Assembly: GCA_904063045.1 (NCBI GenBank)
Contig: CAJFCJ010000024.1
Location: 124,001 to 188,000, forward strand
DNA: 64,000 bases
Source: Dimorphilus gyrociliatus
Taxonomy: Eukaryota; Animalia; Annelida
Reading direction: 5' to 3'
The translations under genes were made by a program, and so were the position numbers. The notes under the pieces were generated by a model. The model was given only the letters and a program-made list of their open reading frames with translations, ran no database searches and was not told the origin of the DNA. Within the stretch, counting starts at the first letter, position 1. Each line of letters starts with the position of its first letter. Shown here in pieces: positions 33,746 through 45,600 of the stretch.

Positions 33746-36700
33746 ATGAATTTGACAATTTGTGTACTCTTTTTTAATTAATAGTCAAATTTACCTTACT
33801 AAGGAGTATATTATAAATTATTAAATTCAAAGGTTTATTTGATGACTAAAAGTTGCGCGCAATTTGTGTTTAAAATTTGTAATTGAAACAGTTCTATTGG
33901 CAACCTCAAAGGGACAATATTAAATATTTAAATTTATGTGTTATTGAACATTAAATGTAACTTAATCCTATTATTATTCGGATATCGATTCGAAAAACTA
34001 TCATTGAATAGTTTGAGTAATAAGCATTAAGTTTTTCTCTGATCCTAAAGTATTAGATGGAAGTGATAAAAAGAAAAGTTATACTCTTAAAAACATTATC
34101 ATGTCTTGAAACTCAATGGAATTAACTTCTGCAGAATGTTAAATACTGTATATAGTTTTATTTAGGTCTTTTTCCGTATTCACAGATTATCAACATCAAG
34201 TATAAGTACAGTATATACTGTTATAAAATGTATTTACGGTAGGACTATGCAAAGCTTTCCCTCTGAAGATTTTCTGTGACTAAACAAGAATACATTATTA
34301 TGAGTTATATCAAGAAACCTATGGGTGTTTTCAACAAATTTACTCTCAATTTCATGAATTGATTTTTCCGAATCGGTTGCAAATTGTTAAAATTTTAGAC
34401 GACTAAACACAAAACGGATTTTATCATATCTAATCGTTGCCTGATGCATGAAACAAAATGAAAAATATGTTGGCTTTAAATCACCGGCTGACACGTTTTT
34501 CATTTCGTTTCAACATTCAGTTCAATAGCCTACTACAGTGAATTTCTCATGTATTACATATCATATAACTTGACAGTATTATAAATTGGTAAATAGTTGT
34601 AGAATTAGATAGAAATTTTACATCTGAGAAGGTAGCTGGCTGCATGACGTGTCAATCAATTAAAGATTTAACCAGGAAGAGAGCTGACAGAAGCACTTAT
34701 GTTTATATCTATATCTCTCCTTCAGCCTTTCAACCTACTTTAATTAATACTTTACAATCATAAATAAGTCATGACCGAACAAAAAACCGAATTTTTTTTA
34801 AGAGAAACAGGAACCAAATATCTTTTAATTCACAATTGAAAATGGAAACAAACGATGAGAGAATTAAACCATAAAGATAAAGTACGCCCACAGAATAAGA
34901 TTAGAATAATTGTGACAGAACGTATCAAAAGTCAAAGCTCTAAAGAAAATAAAACATCAATCAAGGACACTGTAATTATGTCGAAGACAGATTTAATATT
35001 CTGTGCATTAAACAGATTTAACAAAATCTATATACTAATAATTGGTGTAACATGGACACAAGTTAACTCAGGCTGAGGGATTAAGTTGTTTAAAATCTAT
35101 TAAATTATGTACAATTTGTTTATAATTACTATGGTAATTGAATAGGCGCACATGACATAGAAATGTAATCATAAGTGATCGGTTTTATTACTTTACATGA
35201 TATGAAATCTTGTGTATAGACTTTTTCTGTGATAAATTAAATAATTGAACATTTTTAATTTGATATTTTTAGATACTGTGACGTAGATGTAAAGATGCCG
35301 ACTGTCTTAAGAATTAAATAATTGGCTGATTTTTGTTAAGACGATATCATGTATGACTAAATTTTTATGAACTCATTTCATACATGAGAATTACCTATAT
35401 ATTAGGATTTTTATCAAAAAATAATTCATTCGATTACTTATTCGATGATATTTATGTAATTGATGGTTGCGGTTTTTATCTAAAAGTTATTAAACTTACA
35501 AGTCTTATATATAGATATCAGTTGTCTGTCATTAAAAAACTATTCTTCTTTGAAATTATCTGCAATTCGCCAATCAAATATTTTCTAATTCGTTTTTCCC
35601 TAACAATAAAGATACGAATATAAAACGTCGCAAAATAGTTTAATAAAGATCTATTGTTTTCTACTATTCGAGCTTCTTACATTTTAGATAAACAGGAGAG
35701 ATAATTAATCAATAATAAATCAAAATATTGATTTATAAAAACATTAAAAACGTATTGTTTTGTAAATTCTCATTCCTATTATAAACAGATTTGTAATACA
35801 TTTCATTTTTCTCTGTGCTGTTATTTCCCCTCCCCCATTTTTTTAAGTGCATCCCAAATGAGTAGAAGTAAATATATTTATGTATTGTATCGTTTATAGT
35901 CATTTATCTTTATTTTTTTATTATTGCACAGGAGTGCCTTCAATTGAATTTATAAAATAACTGATATCTTTATGAATATCCATTAAAAATATGATTAAAT
36001 GTTTAAGGATTAACAAATTCATTTATTATTACCTCCAAGATACTTAATTTTACTTTATTTGTTGTTTATTTCATTTAGATGTCTTGTAGTTGTCAATTGT
36101 ATTATTGAGGAGAAAAGGCACAATTTATTATGTAATTGATTAGGCTGGATATTAATATATATCACGTGTTTAACACATAACATATAAAATAAATATATAT
36201 ATATCACGTTTTTAGATTATTCCGATTGATAATTGATTAAGATTATAAGCCGAAAGGATTATATTAGTTAACAAAATTTGATTAAATAATAAAACATTTG
36301 TGCTATTTAGAAAATGTATATTCATTTATAAATAAATGAATATATATATATATTAAATTATTAAATAGTTTAATAGATAAAGAAAATGCAGAGTAAGCTC
36401 AAAGTTGTATATTATTTGTATAGTTAATTAAACATAATTAACCACCCACACAAATACATATTAACTATATACTTTAATAATAACTTTTATAGGATAAAAA
36501 GTTTACTTTTCTGTTTTTTTAACTGATTACATAATTTAATTAAAGTTCCTTAAAGAAGAAATGTTTAATTTCCGTTATATATAGATGCATGTGATAATTT
36601 CACTTCTTGGAAGCTTTTGAAAGCAACTGGTGTTATAATAAAGAGAAATGAACTTCCTTGGGAGATATTTTGATGAAATTACTCATATATGATGTCATAA

Positions 36701-37030
36701 ATGTTATAACCAGCTTTGAATTTTCAATACTTATTCAATATATTAAAAGTTGCAAATTAAATTTTCAGAATTGTAATCGTTCTTTAATGAAAAATTCAGG
36801 GAATTCTCTAGTTCTTTAATATAAGAGAATTGAAAAGTTTCCATCCTATAGTTGTGTATTAATTCATTCTTTGTAATCCTCTTTAAAAGTTCATACATGT
36901 AAAATGTTTTAATTAAAGAATCTTCATTTTTAATGAATACTAATTATAGGACTCAATTGTAACGATAAGATAAGAAAAGATAAAATATCTTATATTATCA
37001 AAACTTTAGAGAAATTAAAGCAGTAAGAAA

Positions 37031-40000
37031 ATGGCGACTGGAGGGAAACATCCAAATAGCACTTTATTATTTCGGAGTATTTACGTTCCAACTGAATCAG
37101 AAACAATAGAACCTGTCGAAAGTCCTTCAGTACACGGTCCAAGTCATTCAATACTCAAAGATAGTTCGGATGATATCTTTGAAAATACAGAAACCAATTT
37201 CACTATAAGAGGAAGGTCGGGCACTCTACAAGAGGTTAGAATTGAAGATTCCCCAAGCAATGTTAAATTGCCTTGGGAAATTTATTCAGAAGATGATAGA
37301 GAAGAAGAAAGCTCATGTCTATCGAGAGATTTATGCTCGAAAGGGGAAAGAGTCCTACGAATGCTATCGTATGGTTTAATTTTAATTATTTTAGGATGTT
37401 CTATAATTAGCTCCGGAATCTATTTGCTACTATTCTCTCAGAATTTTAAAGATACGTTATATGTTTGTACCGTCATAGCAGGAATTAAAACGAATTGTCG
37501 GTTGAAAATATTCTCTAAATATTATTATGCGAACAAAACTTGTACAGGTAATGAAAGTTCAAGTGAATTAAATTATACATATTTATCTCTCATTGGAAAG
37601 AATGAAATCTCAAAAAACATTACAAATAACTCAATATCATTGAATTTGGAAGCTTCAGATTCAATTTGTATGAAGGAATTTCAATTATGCCCAGAGGTCA
37701 AAAGAATTTGGGCATGGACTATATTTAGTGCTATGAGCTTATCGAGTGTTTTAGAATTGTTAAGGGCATTAATAAATTCAATAAGAAGAGGGGATCTCTA
37801 TAGAAAGAACACCTATGATCAATTTGAGAGTAATTGGGCAAAGAGCAGAATTAGAAACATTTCCATTGCAGTTTATTTTATCATTGAAATCTTTCATACA
37901 ATATTTACCTCTTTGGCTTGTTTAGTTCTACTACCATCATTACCTTCTCCTCTAGCTCTGATTTTCTCTGCAAGCTTATCATTTATACCGAATGTTTTAA
38001 ATTTGCTTGAGAAACGCTATTCCTCTCCAAAGAGCTATTTGCGACATGGATTAGCGATGCTATGCCAATTGGTGTTAATGGTAGTTGTTGCTGCTTATAA
38101 CCTTCGTCGTCAAAAATATGTCTATCTATGGCCAATTTTGGTTGTTGGATTGTCGTTAAGATATGCTCTGAACTATTTCCATATACCCATTTTCAATGAT
38201 ATTAGAGAAAGGATAAGAAAATATAAAGATTCATTGCTTGCAATTCCAGTAGCGTTCTCTAAAATAGTTTTCAAATTCTTACTTATGATGCCATTAGCCA
38301 TATACAACGGTAGTAGTTCTTCGCTTGTTGATATTTTTAAAATATCCCCAAAGGATTGCCCAGCGAGTCAATTGAATTCTGGAGATTTTGAACATTTTAA
38401 AGGATCTGTTGTTAGCTTATGCCTAATTTTATTTATTGTTCAATTGGTTTGCTATTTTTCTCTAAGAGCAGCTGTAAAAATACATCTTCCAGGCCCTTTA
38501 TTGCTCATTGTTTTAGCTATTCCCAACGTATTCATGGGTTTGGCTATTAGTGTACTCGTCGCCGAACCCCGAGATTTTTTGGGCAATTTTCTTTATTGGA
38601 AACCTTTTGATATCGAAAATACAACTCTTAAAATCTGGCTAACAAAGTCTGCAGTGTTTTGGTACACAATCATTGGTAGCATTAGCGCTGTAATACTAGG
38701 ATGGAAAGCATGGAGTGCCCCTAGCCTTCGTATTGAAAGAACGGCAAATCTTTTCTTATTCCCTTTGTTTCACAGTCCATTTTTAGAATCATCACTTATT
38801 CTCAATAGAAAATCGAAAACAGATGACGTCTTGAGTATTTCTGATAGTATTGACATGAGTGAAAAAGAAAATAGTGTACGTAAGCCCAAAGTATATGTCT
38901 GTGGAACTCTTTGGCACGAAGAACAAAATGAAATGGAGCAGATGCTCAGATCTATATATAAATTAGATATAGATTTGACAGCCAAACATATTGCGTCAAC
39001 ATACTTTAATTCTTTAGAAAAAAGAGACTTATTCGATTTTGAGGTTCATATAATGTTTGACGATGCATTCGAGAAGAAGAACGAAATCTTCAAAGCAAAT
39101 TCATACGTTAAAAGATTTCGCGAAAGTATCGATTCGTCTGCTAAAGAAACTTTCGGAAGAAAAGTCAAAATATCAGTAAAAGAATGTAAAACTCCATATG
39201 GTGGAAAGTTAACATATGTTCTTCCTGGTGGCCATAAATTACATGTGCATTTAAAAAATAAATCATTGATAAGAAATATGAAGAGGTGGAGTCAAGTAAT
39301 GTACATGTCTCAGATAATACACGACATTGATCAGAGTGTCGATGAGCTTAATTTAACAGTGGATCAAACAAAACAGGAGAGATTTGATAGATTCGATTCA
39401 TCCTATATTCTCACTTTAGATGGTGATGTTGATTTCGAACCAAAGGCCGTTTCCTTGCTAGTTGACTGTCTTAGAAAACATTCTAGTGTTGGGGGAGCAT
39501 GTGGTCGTATTCATCCGCTAGGAACAGGCCCTATGGTCTGGTATCAGAAATTTGAATATGCTATTGGACATTGGTTTCAAAAAGCAACAGAACATTGTTT
39601 AGGTTCAGTGTTATGTAGTCCTGGTTGTTTTAGCGTTATCAGATTATCTGCGATAACTGATAAAGGTGTGTACAAGACCTATACTCATGTTAGTAAGACT
39701 GCTATGGATTTCGTACAACATGATCAGGGAGAAGATAGATGGCTAACCACATTAATCGTTCAAAGGGGTCATAAAATAGAATATTGCGCTGCGGCTGACG
39801 CTTTTACATACGCACCCGACACATTCTCCTCGTTTTACAAACAGCGAAGACGTTGGGTAACATCTACGTTTGTTAATCAATGGGGTTTGATATCTGATTG
39901 GAAAAGATTAAGAAAAATTAATCCAAGCATTTCTCTACCCTTCATAATCTATCAATTGGCTATGATTGGCGCATCCATCTTAGGGCCTGGAACGGTGCTA

Positions 40001-41434
40001 CTCATGTTAACTGGAGCCTTGGAATCAGTTTTCTCCGGGTTAGGTTGGATAAATTCTTTTTTGGTGAATTGTATTCCACTTGTGATATATATTCTAGTAT
40101 GTTTAAATATGAAACAAGCCATTCAAGAAACTCTGGCAGCTCTTCTTTCAGCTTTCTATGCTCTTATAATGCTTATAGTTCTTGTGGGAATAATTAAACA
40201 AATGGCTTCAGAAGGTCTGTGTTCACCCTCTGCTCTATTCTTCTTAATGGTTGCTACATTCTTCGTTATTACTGGATTATTACATCCGAGAGAGATTCTT
40301 AACCTGCCTCTTGGTCTTATTTACTATGTTGCCATACCATCAGCTTATCTGTTGTTAAATATTTATGCTTTATGCAACATAAACGATAGTAAATGGGGAA
40401 CTCGAGATCAGAATGTGCTTACTAGTAGTGATGATGGAAAAGAAGAAAAAGCTCAAAATGTTTTACAAAAGGGAATGGAAAAGTTAACAACATTCTTTGA
40501 AAAAGAAGAAGGACAAAATCTTTTAGCAAATGAAGAAAGAGCGGAGGGGGAGGAAGAAGAAGAAGAAGAAACAATTCAAAATGATGATGATTTTTTCGGA
40601 AGGAGCAGAACTAGATCAAACAGTGTTATTTCAGCTTATTCAATAAATGAAGATACAGAATTATGCCAAGAAGAAAGATGCTTCTGGGAGAAGCTAGTAG
40701 ATTTTCTGTCTCCATTTAAATCCGGACATTCAACAGAAGATTTAAGCTTTCCGCTTCTCGAACTTAAGAATAAATCATGTATGGCATTTTTTATGATAAA
40801 CGCTATGTATATAACACTTATCCTAGTTTTACAAGTTATAAAAAAAGATGGTCAATTGACAATTTCATTTCCCTGCTGGGAGAAGAGGGAAATTAATGGC
40901 GTTATTGTTGAAGAAAGAATTATTATTGAGCCTATTGGTTTTACAATTTTAGCTTTTTTTGGCATAATTTTAATTATACAATTTATTGGTGGCCTTTATC
41001 ATTCAGCTTCAAATTTTATACAAGTAATGGCTACAACTGATATTCGAGCAAAGCCATCAGAAATTCTAGAGAAAGGTCTTAAAGTGATCGTTTCCATTCA
41101 AATAAGCAAAAAGAGAAAGAGACGAAAAAAGATAACACATATCTCAGATTTTAGTTCATTATATAGAAGGAGACAATCGATTATTACGACAGATGAACAG
41201 CTTCTTGAAAATGATACGGACGATGAACAAGATGATTTAACTTTGGAACAAAGTTTTCAAAAAATGTTCAGAGCTCTTTGTGAGGCAAAGAATAATAAAC
41301 AAAGTTTGAAAACTCCTGCAGATTTTGAAAATATATTCAACGAAAGATTAAAATATAAGAATATCGAATTGACTGAAAGAGAAACCTCTTCACTGCAGAA
41401 ACTATTGCCTCTTCTTCGTACATCACCAGTTTAG
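37031..41434 (+). CDS. Chitin synthase (GT2), 1467 aa, single exon, no myosin head
   Basis: Motifs TLWHEE, KRWSQVMYM, LDGDVDF, GPMVWYQKFEYAIGHWFQKATEH, DQGEDRW, QRRRW, WGTRD; multiple TM helices on both sides of the catalytic domain. Confidence 0.97.
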   Translation: MATGGKHPNSTLLFRSIYVPTESETIEPVESPSVHGPSHSILKDSSDDIFENTETNFTIRGRSGTLQEVRIEDSPSNVKLPWEIYSEDDREEESSCLSRDLCSKGERVLRMLSYGLILIILGCSIISSGIYLLLFSQNFKDTLYVCTVIAGIKTNCRLKIFSKYYYANKTCTGNESSSELNYTYLSLIGKNEISKNITNNSISLNLEASDSICMKEFQLCPEVKRIWAWTIFSAMSLSSVLELLRALINSIRRGDLYRKNTYDQFESNWAKSRIRNISIAVYFIIEIFHTIFTSLACLVLLPSLPSPLALIFSASLSFIPNVLNLLEKRYSSPKSYLRHGLAMLCQLVLMVVVAAYNLRRQKYVYLWPILVVGLSLRYALNYFHIPIFNDIRERIRKYKDSLLAIPVAFSKIVFKFLLMMPLAIYNGSSSSLVDIFKISPKDCPASQLNSGDFEHFKGSVVSLCLILFIVQLVCYFSLRAAVKIHLPGPLLLIVLAIPNVFMGLAISVLVAEPRDFLGNFLYWKPFDIENTTLKIWLTKSAVFWYTIIGSISAVILGWKAWSAPSLRIERTANLFLFPLFHSPFLESSLILNRKSKTDDVLSISDSIDMSEKENSVRKPKVYVCGTLWHEEQNEMEQMLRSIYKLDIDLTAKHIASTYFNSLEKRDLFDFEVHIMFDDAFEKKNEIFKANSYVKRFRESIDSSAKETFGRKVKISVKECKTPYGGKLTYVLPGGHKLHVHLKNKSLIRNMKRWSQVMYMSQIIHDIDQSVDELNLTVDQTKQERFDRFDSSYILTLDGDVDFEPKAVSLLVDCLRKHSSVGGACGRIHPLGTGPMVWYQKFEYAIGHWFQKATEHCLGSVLCSPGCFSVIRLSAITDKGVYKTYTHVSKTAMDFVQHDQGEDRWLTTLIVQRGHKIEYCAAADAFTYAPDTFSSFYKQRRRWVTSTFVNQWGLISDWKRLRKINPSISLPFIIYQLAMIGASILGPGTVLLMLTGALESVFSGLGWINSFLVNCIPLVIYILVCLNMKQAIQETLAALLSAFYALIMLIVLVGIIKQMASEGLCSPSALFFLMVATFFVITGLLHPREILNLPLGLIYYVAIPSAYLLLNIYALCNINDSKWGTRDQNVLTSSDDGKEEKAQNVLQKGMEKLTTFFEKEEGQNLLANEERAEGEEEEEEETIQNDDDFFGRSRTRSNSVISAYSINEDTELCQEERCFWEKLVDFLSPFKSGHSTEDLSFPLLELKNKSCMAFFMINAMYITLILVLQVIKKDGQLTISFPCWEKREINGVIVEERIIIEPIGFTILAFFGIILIIQFIGGLYHSASNFIQVMATTDIRAKPSEILEKGLKVIVSIQISKKRKRRKKITHISDFSSLYRRRQSIITTDEQLLENDTDDEQDDLTLEQSFQKMFRALCEAKNNKQSLKTPADFENIFNERLKYKNIELTERETSSLQKLLPLLRTSPV

Positions 41435-42691
41435 CTTGAATTCACTGCAAAATATATAAATTTTATACTGTATATATATAAAAGGAAGAGTATATCTATA
41501 AACTGCAATATATAAATGATCAGATTACATTTGTGTTCTAAAGAGACTGAAAATTTAGAGTAGAGGAAGAGAACGAGCAGGAATAAATTTATTCAAATAT
41601 AAATTAGGAAAATATAGTAGATGGAGCTACTGTTTGCAATAGGGAATCTATAGAGATAAATTTTGTTTTAAAATTCATAATCTATCTGACAAAATTATCA
41701 AAACAGCAAGACATAAAAGATATAGTTGACATTAAGCATTGTTCTTATCATTGTTGTTCAATTATTGACTTATATTGTGCAAGTTTTTAAACTCTTAAAT
41801 GGACAATTTTAATAATAGACACTTGAAATAATATTCTAGTTATCTATCATAAAATAAGAGTTAAGATGTGCATGAACACTTTTTTGTTTGAAATATTTTG
41901 CTGAATATAATTCAATTTGACCTTTATAAATAAATTTTTTAATAAAAATTTTATAGAGGCGACATTAATTTATCTTTGCAAACTGTATCAATTAATTAAT
42001 ATTAACTTAAAAGGAAAAGCAATCAGTTTGTATAGTTTTATTAATAATTATAATAATGCTCTTACTTAATGTTAATTTTAACATTTTATTCCTATCGTTC
42101 CACTGCAATTTATATATCTAAAGGAGAAAGTATTTCTTGGAAAAAGGAAAAGAAAAGAAGAGTTATAAGAGTTAAAACACGACTAAATTAACTATGCAAA
42201 AATTAGTTTATTAAGTCAAGGATAAAAAAGACTAGATAAGATTTTTACAAAGACGATGTTAGTCCACTATAGTTTCTTTACTCATCTTATTGAAAAGTGT
42301 AATATTGGTTAGGGACTTGATTTATTAAGGATTGTACCAAGAAATAAAAAGAGTCCTAAAATGCAATTGTCCTCGATAATTATATAAAAAGAGAATTTAT
42401 TCCTTTCTTTATTTTACTTTCATCTCACCTGTTTTGTGATTTATATTTGGATTTTTCCGTACGTTATAGATTTTTAAGGGAATTACAGGAGCAATAAAAG
42501 TACAGAATGCAGAATGGACCATTTACAATACTTGTGTAAAAGTTTGACTAAAAAAGTTGATTATTTGAAAGAGATTAATTGTTTAAAAGTAATTTATTCT
42601 TTATTATATCGTTATTATTCAATAATTATAAAATTGTAAATAATTTTAATCAGTTTTATTAATTTTTGAGGTGTGAAAGACTAAAGAGTGC

Positions 42692-45600
42692 TCAATGAGA
42701 AAAGAAGGTATTTTCAATTATCCCTAAGAACTCCTGCATAATCTTTCTCTTGAAGCTTAAATACCATTCAAAGGCGTTTATCCGTCTAATGACAATATCT
42801 TGACTACTTAAAAATTTTTCCTTATGTAATATTCTTTCAACGTCTTTATTCCAATCTTTTACGAAAATAGCGGGAAAATTGTAACGTTTGAGCAATCTTA
42901 GGGAACCATTACATTTACTTTTCTCCTCTTTAGGTTTTATATTTAGTATGGGTATTGAACCGTACGATAAGGCCTCATATATCCTAAATGTTTCCAAATT
43001 TTTCTCAGCTGGACAGAGTGTTAGGTCACTCGTTCTAAGAGCTCTAATATAGGCAGAACGTGTAATCGAATTTGATTCATAGCGTTCAGCGATTTTAGGT
43101 TGAACGAAACATTCTTTTTTCGAGGATAGAAGATTATATATATCATCTTCATCAGTTCCAACTAGATTGCAAGTGAAGGGTCTCCTTATGTCTAATGTCG
43201 ATTTAAATGAAGTTTTAAAATAATTATGCATGGATACGCCTAAAGGGAATTGAAAGACTGTTTTATCATCTACTAATTCTGAGTCGTAAACAATCCACGC
43301 AACGTCAATTGGACCTCCATTTCTTTTTAAAAATGGCTCAAACCACTCATTTTCGCATTTTTCGTTTCCCAAAAGAATTACCCCAACCCTTTCGAGCCGG
43401 TTAAAAAGCTTCAACGAATTTAATATCACAGTCGAAACTCTTATCTTTTTGGCATCTGAACCATTCAGAACCAATATCAAGTGGGTGGCATCCAGATCTT
43501 TTCTACTCTGAAACATCCCAAGACCTAGCCTCATCCTGTATAATAAACAAAATTAGATTAAAGATGGCGCCACCTTATCACTATGTAAAACATAATTATC
43601 AGCTTAATCGACCAGCTGGTTGTCAATTTATTATTATTCACAAATAGTATTCTTATTGAGGTAAAATATCTCTGAATTTTTCCTACGCATTACTTATAAC
43701 TAAAATCGAGTTAATCTCAAAGGAATAAATGATGATAGAGAAACTTCTCCTATTGATTAAGTACGACTTTAGAGCCGTATCTTGTTTCGTTTATTTTGAT
43801 TGCCTACGAAATCTACCTACTAAATATCTAATCAATCGAATAACACAAAGATGTTGAAAGCATGAATTATTCATTAAGATTATTTTAAGTAAAAAGTCCT
43901 CCAGGTTTAACTTTCCTACATCTGCTTAATAAGCCACCATCCTTTGACCTTTGCTAATAGTATTAGAAATCTTAGTCACTCTGGTAGGAGAGTAATTAAA
44001 TAGGTAACGATAGTTATTTGTATAAAGTTAAGTGGAAAATTGGGTTCAAACCTGTAAGTTATGCCGTTGATTTTGGTTGTGCCAAACTTTTCGATTCCAC
44101 GATAACGAGTTACAAGTGAAGCGTTCAAAATATGCTCCCATAAATAAATGCCTGTAAAATACAAGAACGAAAAAGCGATTAATGATGAATAATGAAATGT
44201 AGAGCTCTTTAATGAATTATTCAAATAAAGTAAGGAATGCTGTAAATCATAACCAAAACAATTTTTGACAGTTATCGCCTAGAGAAGAATAACCTATCAG
44301 CAACTCTTAGTTTGCTTCTTTAATATTTCGTGTACATTAGAAATGAAAGGGAAGCACTGGTTTATATAGGCCTAATAATAATCCCTTCCAGCACGCGAAA
44401 GACTCCAGCGGTACGTGTCTACACTCATGAAGAGAAATTTTATTTTTGCCCTACTCGAACAATAAGCCTCGTATTGTTTAATGGATGATAGAGTTTTCTT
44501 TGAAATATGGGTAAATGTACTCTATTTTTTTTTCCAAAAGAAAAAAGTAAGAGAGCGAAAATGAAATCATCCAGAAATTTTGTTACATAATTTAATAACT
44601 CCCCATTTTATTATTTATAAATGGAAACAATTACGACTAAAGCATTTGAGTGGAAGGAACAAAGAAGAAAAAAAATCTCCTTTAAGCGTAGAGGATCTTC
44701 AACAGACGAGGTATGGAGAGGCAAATAACAGTTTAAGGCATCTTCTATATCAAGGGGTAGGAGATTTTTTGTACATGGTGAGCAAATAAAAAACAGATGT
44801 TTATGTTACGTTTTCATGCTGTGCAAGGTGAAGGGGATTCTCTTACATTATGAATGTAAACATGTTTTCTCTCTTTCTTTTCTTCGAACCTTTACCAATT
44901 GGAAGTTAAATGTAAGAGAATTTTATTCTCTTTTTCCTTCCTAAATTCATAAAATATTGAAAAGGAAATATACTTTAAGTAAAAAGAAAAGAGGGCGCCT
45001 TCTCTCTCCTTTTCCCTTCCACTCATTGCTTCCGTTATTACCAAGCCTTCTGGAAAGAGAAATTTTATTCGCCAATTATGATAACCAGTAGGAAGTTTGT
45101 AAACGTCCCTATAAATTTAATTATTTAATGAGCTCGCTAAACTCATCCAAAATCGTTTAGAATGCAAAATTCATAATAATTGTCATTCGACGACTAGAAC
45201 CGGTCGAATAATTCTTTTAAGGTTGCTTCATAATTTCTTTCGGATAAGATTTCTAGCTAATTTCATAATGTGAAATAGAATATACTTTACAAAAAGGAGA
45301 GTAAATGCCAAATAGCAGTGTCAATGAAACTTTCAATAGTAGTCTCTCAACCTTTCTAACCAATAATCAAATAAAAGAGGATTGAGCCTGACGAGACGAT
45401 GAGTAACGAGTTAGGAAGTCGAAAATAACAAATAAACTAAGCGGCAGAGAGCTAAACATAATATTTAGAATATTTTCAGCCTATAATTTGATTAATGAAT
45501 TGAAACGAAGGAGTCAAAAGGAGTATATATAAGTAAAAGTAATTATTCTCTATTAATCTTTAGAATGAATTTATAAAAAGGATAACAACAGATAGCAGCT

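Noticed and set aside
34855-35623. ORFs 34855..35076 and 35384..35623 upstream of chitin synthase
   Set aside because: AT-rich, F/I/K/L-biased translations typical of chance ORFs, with no splice chain or motif.
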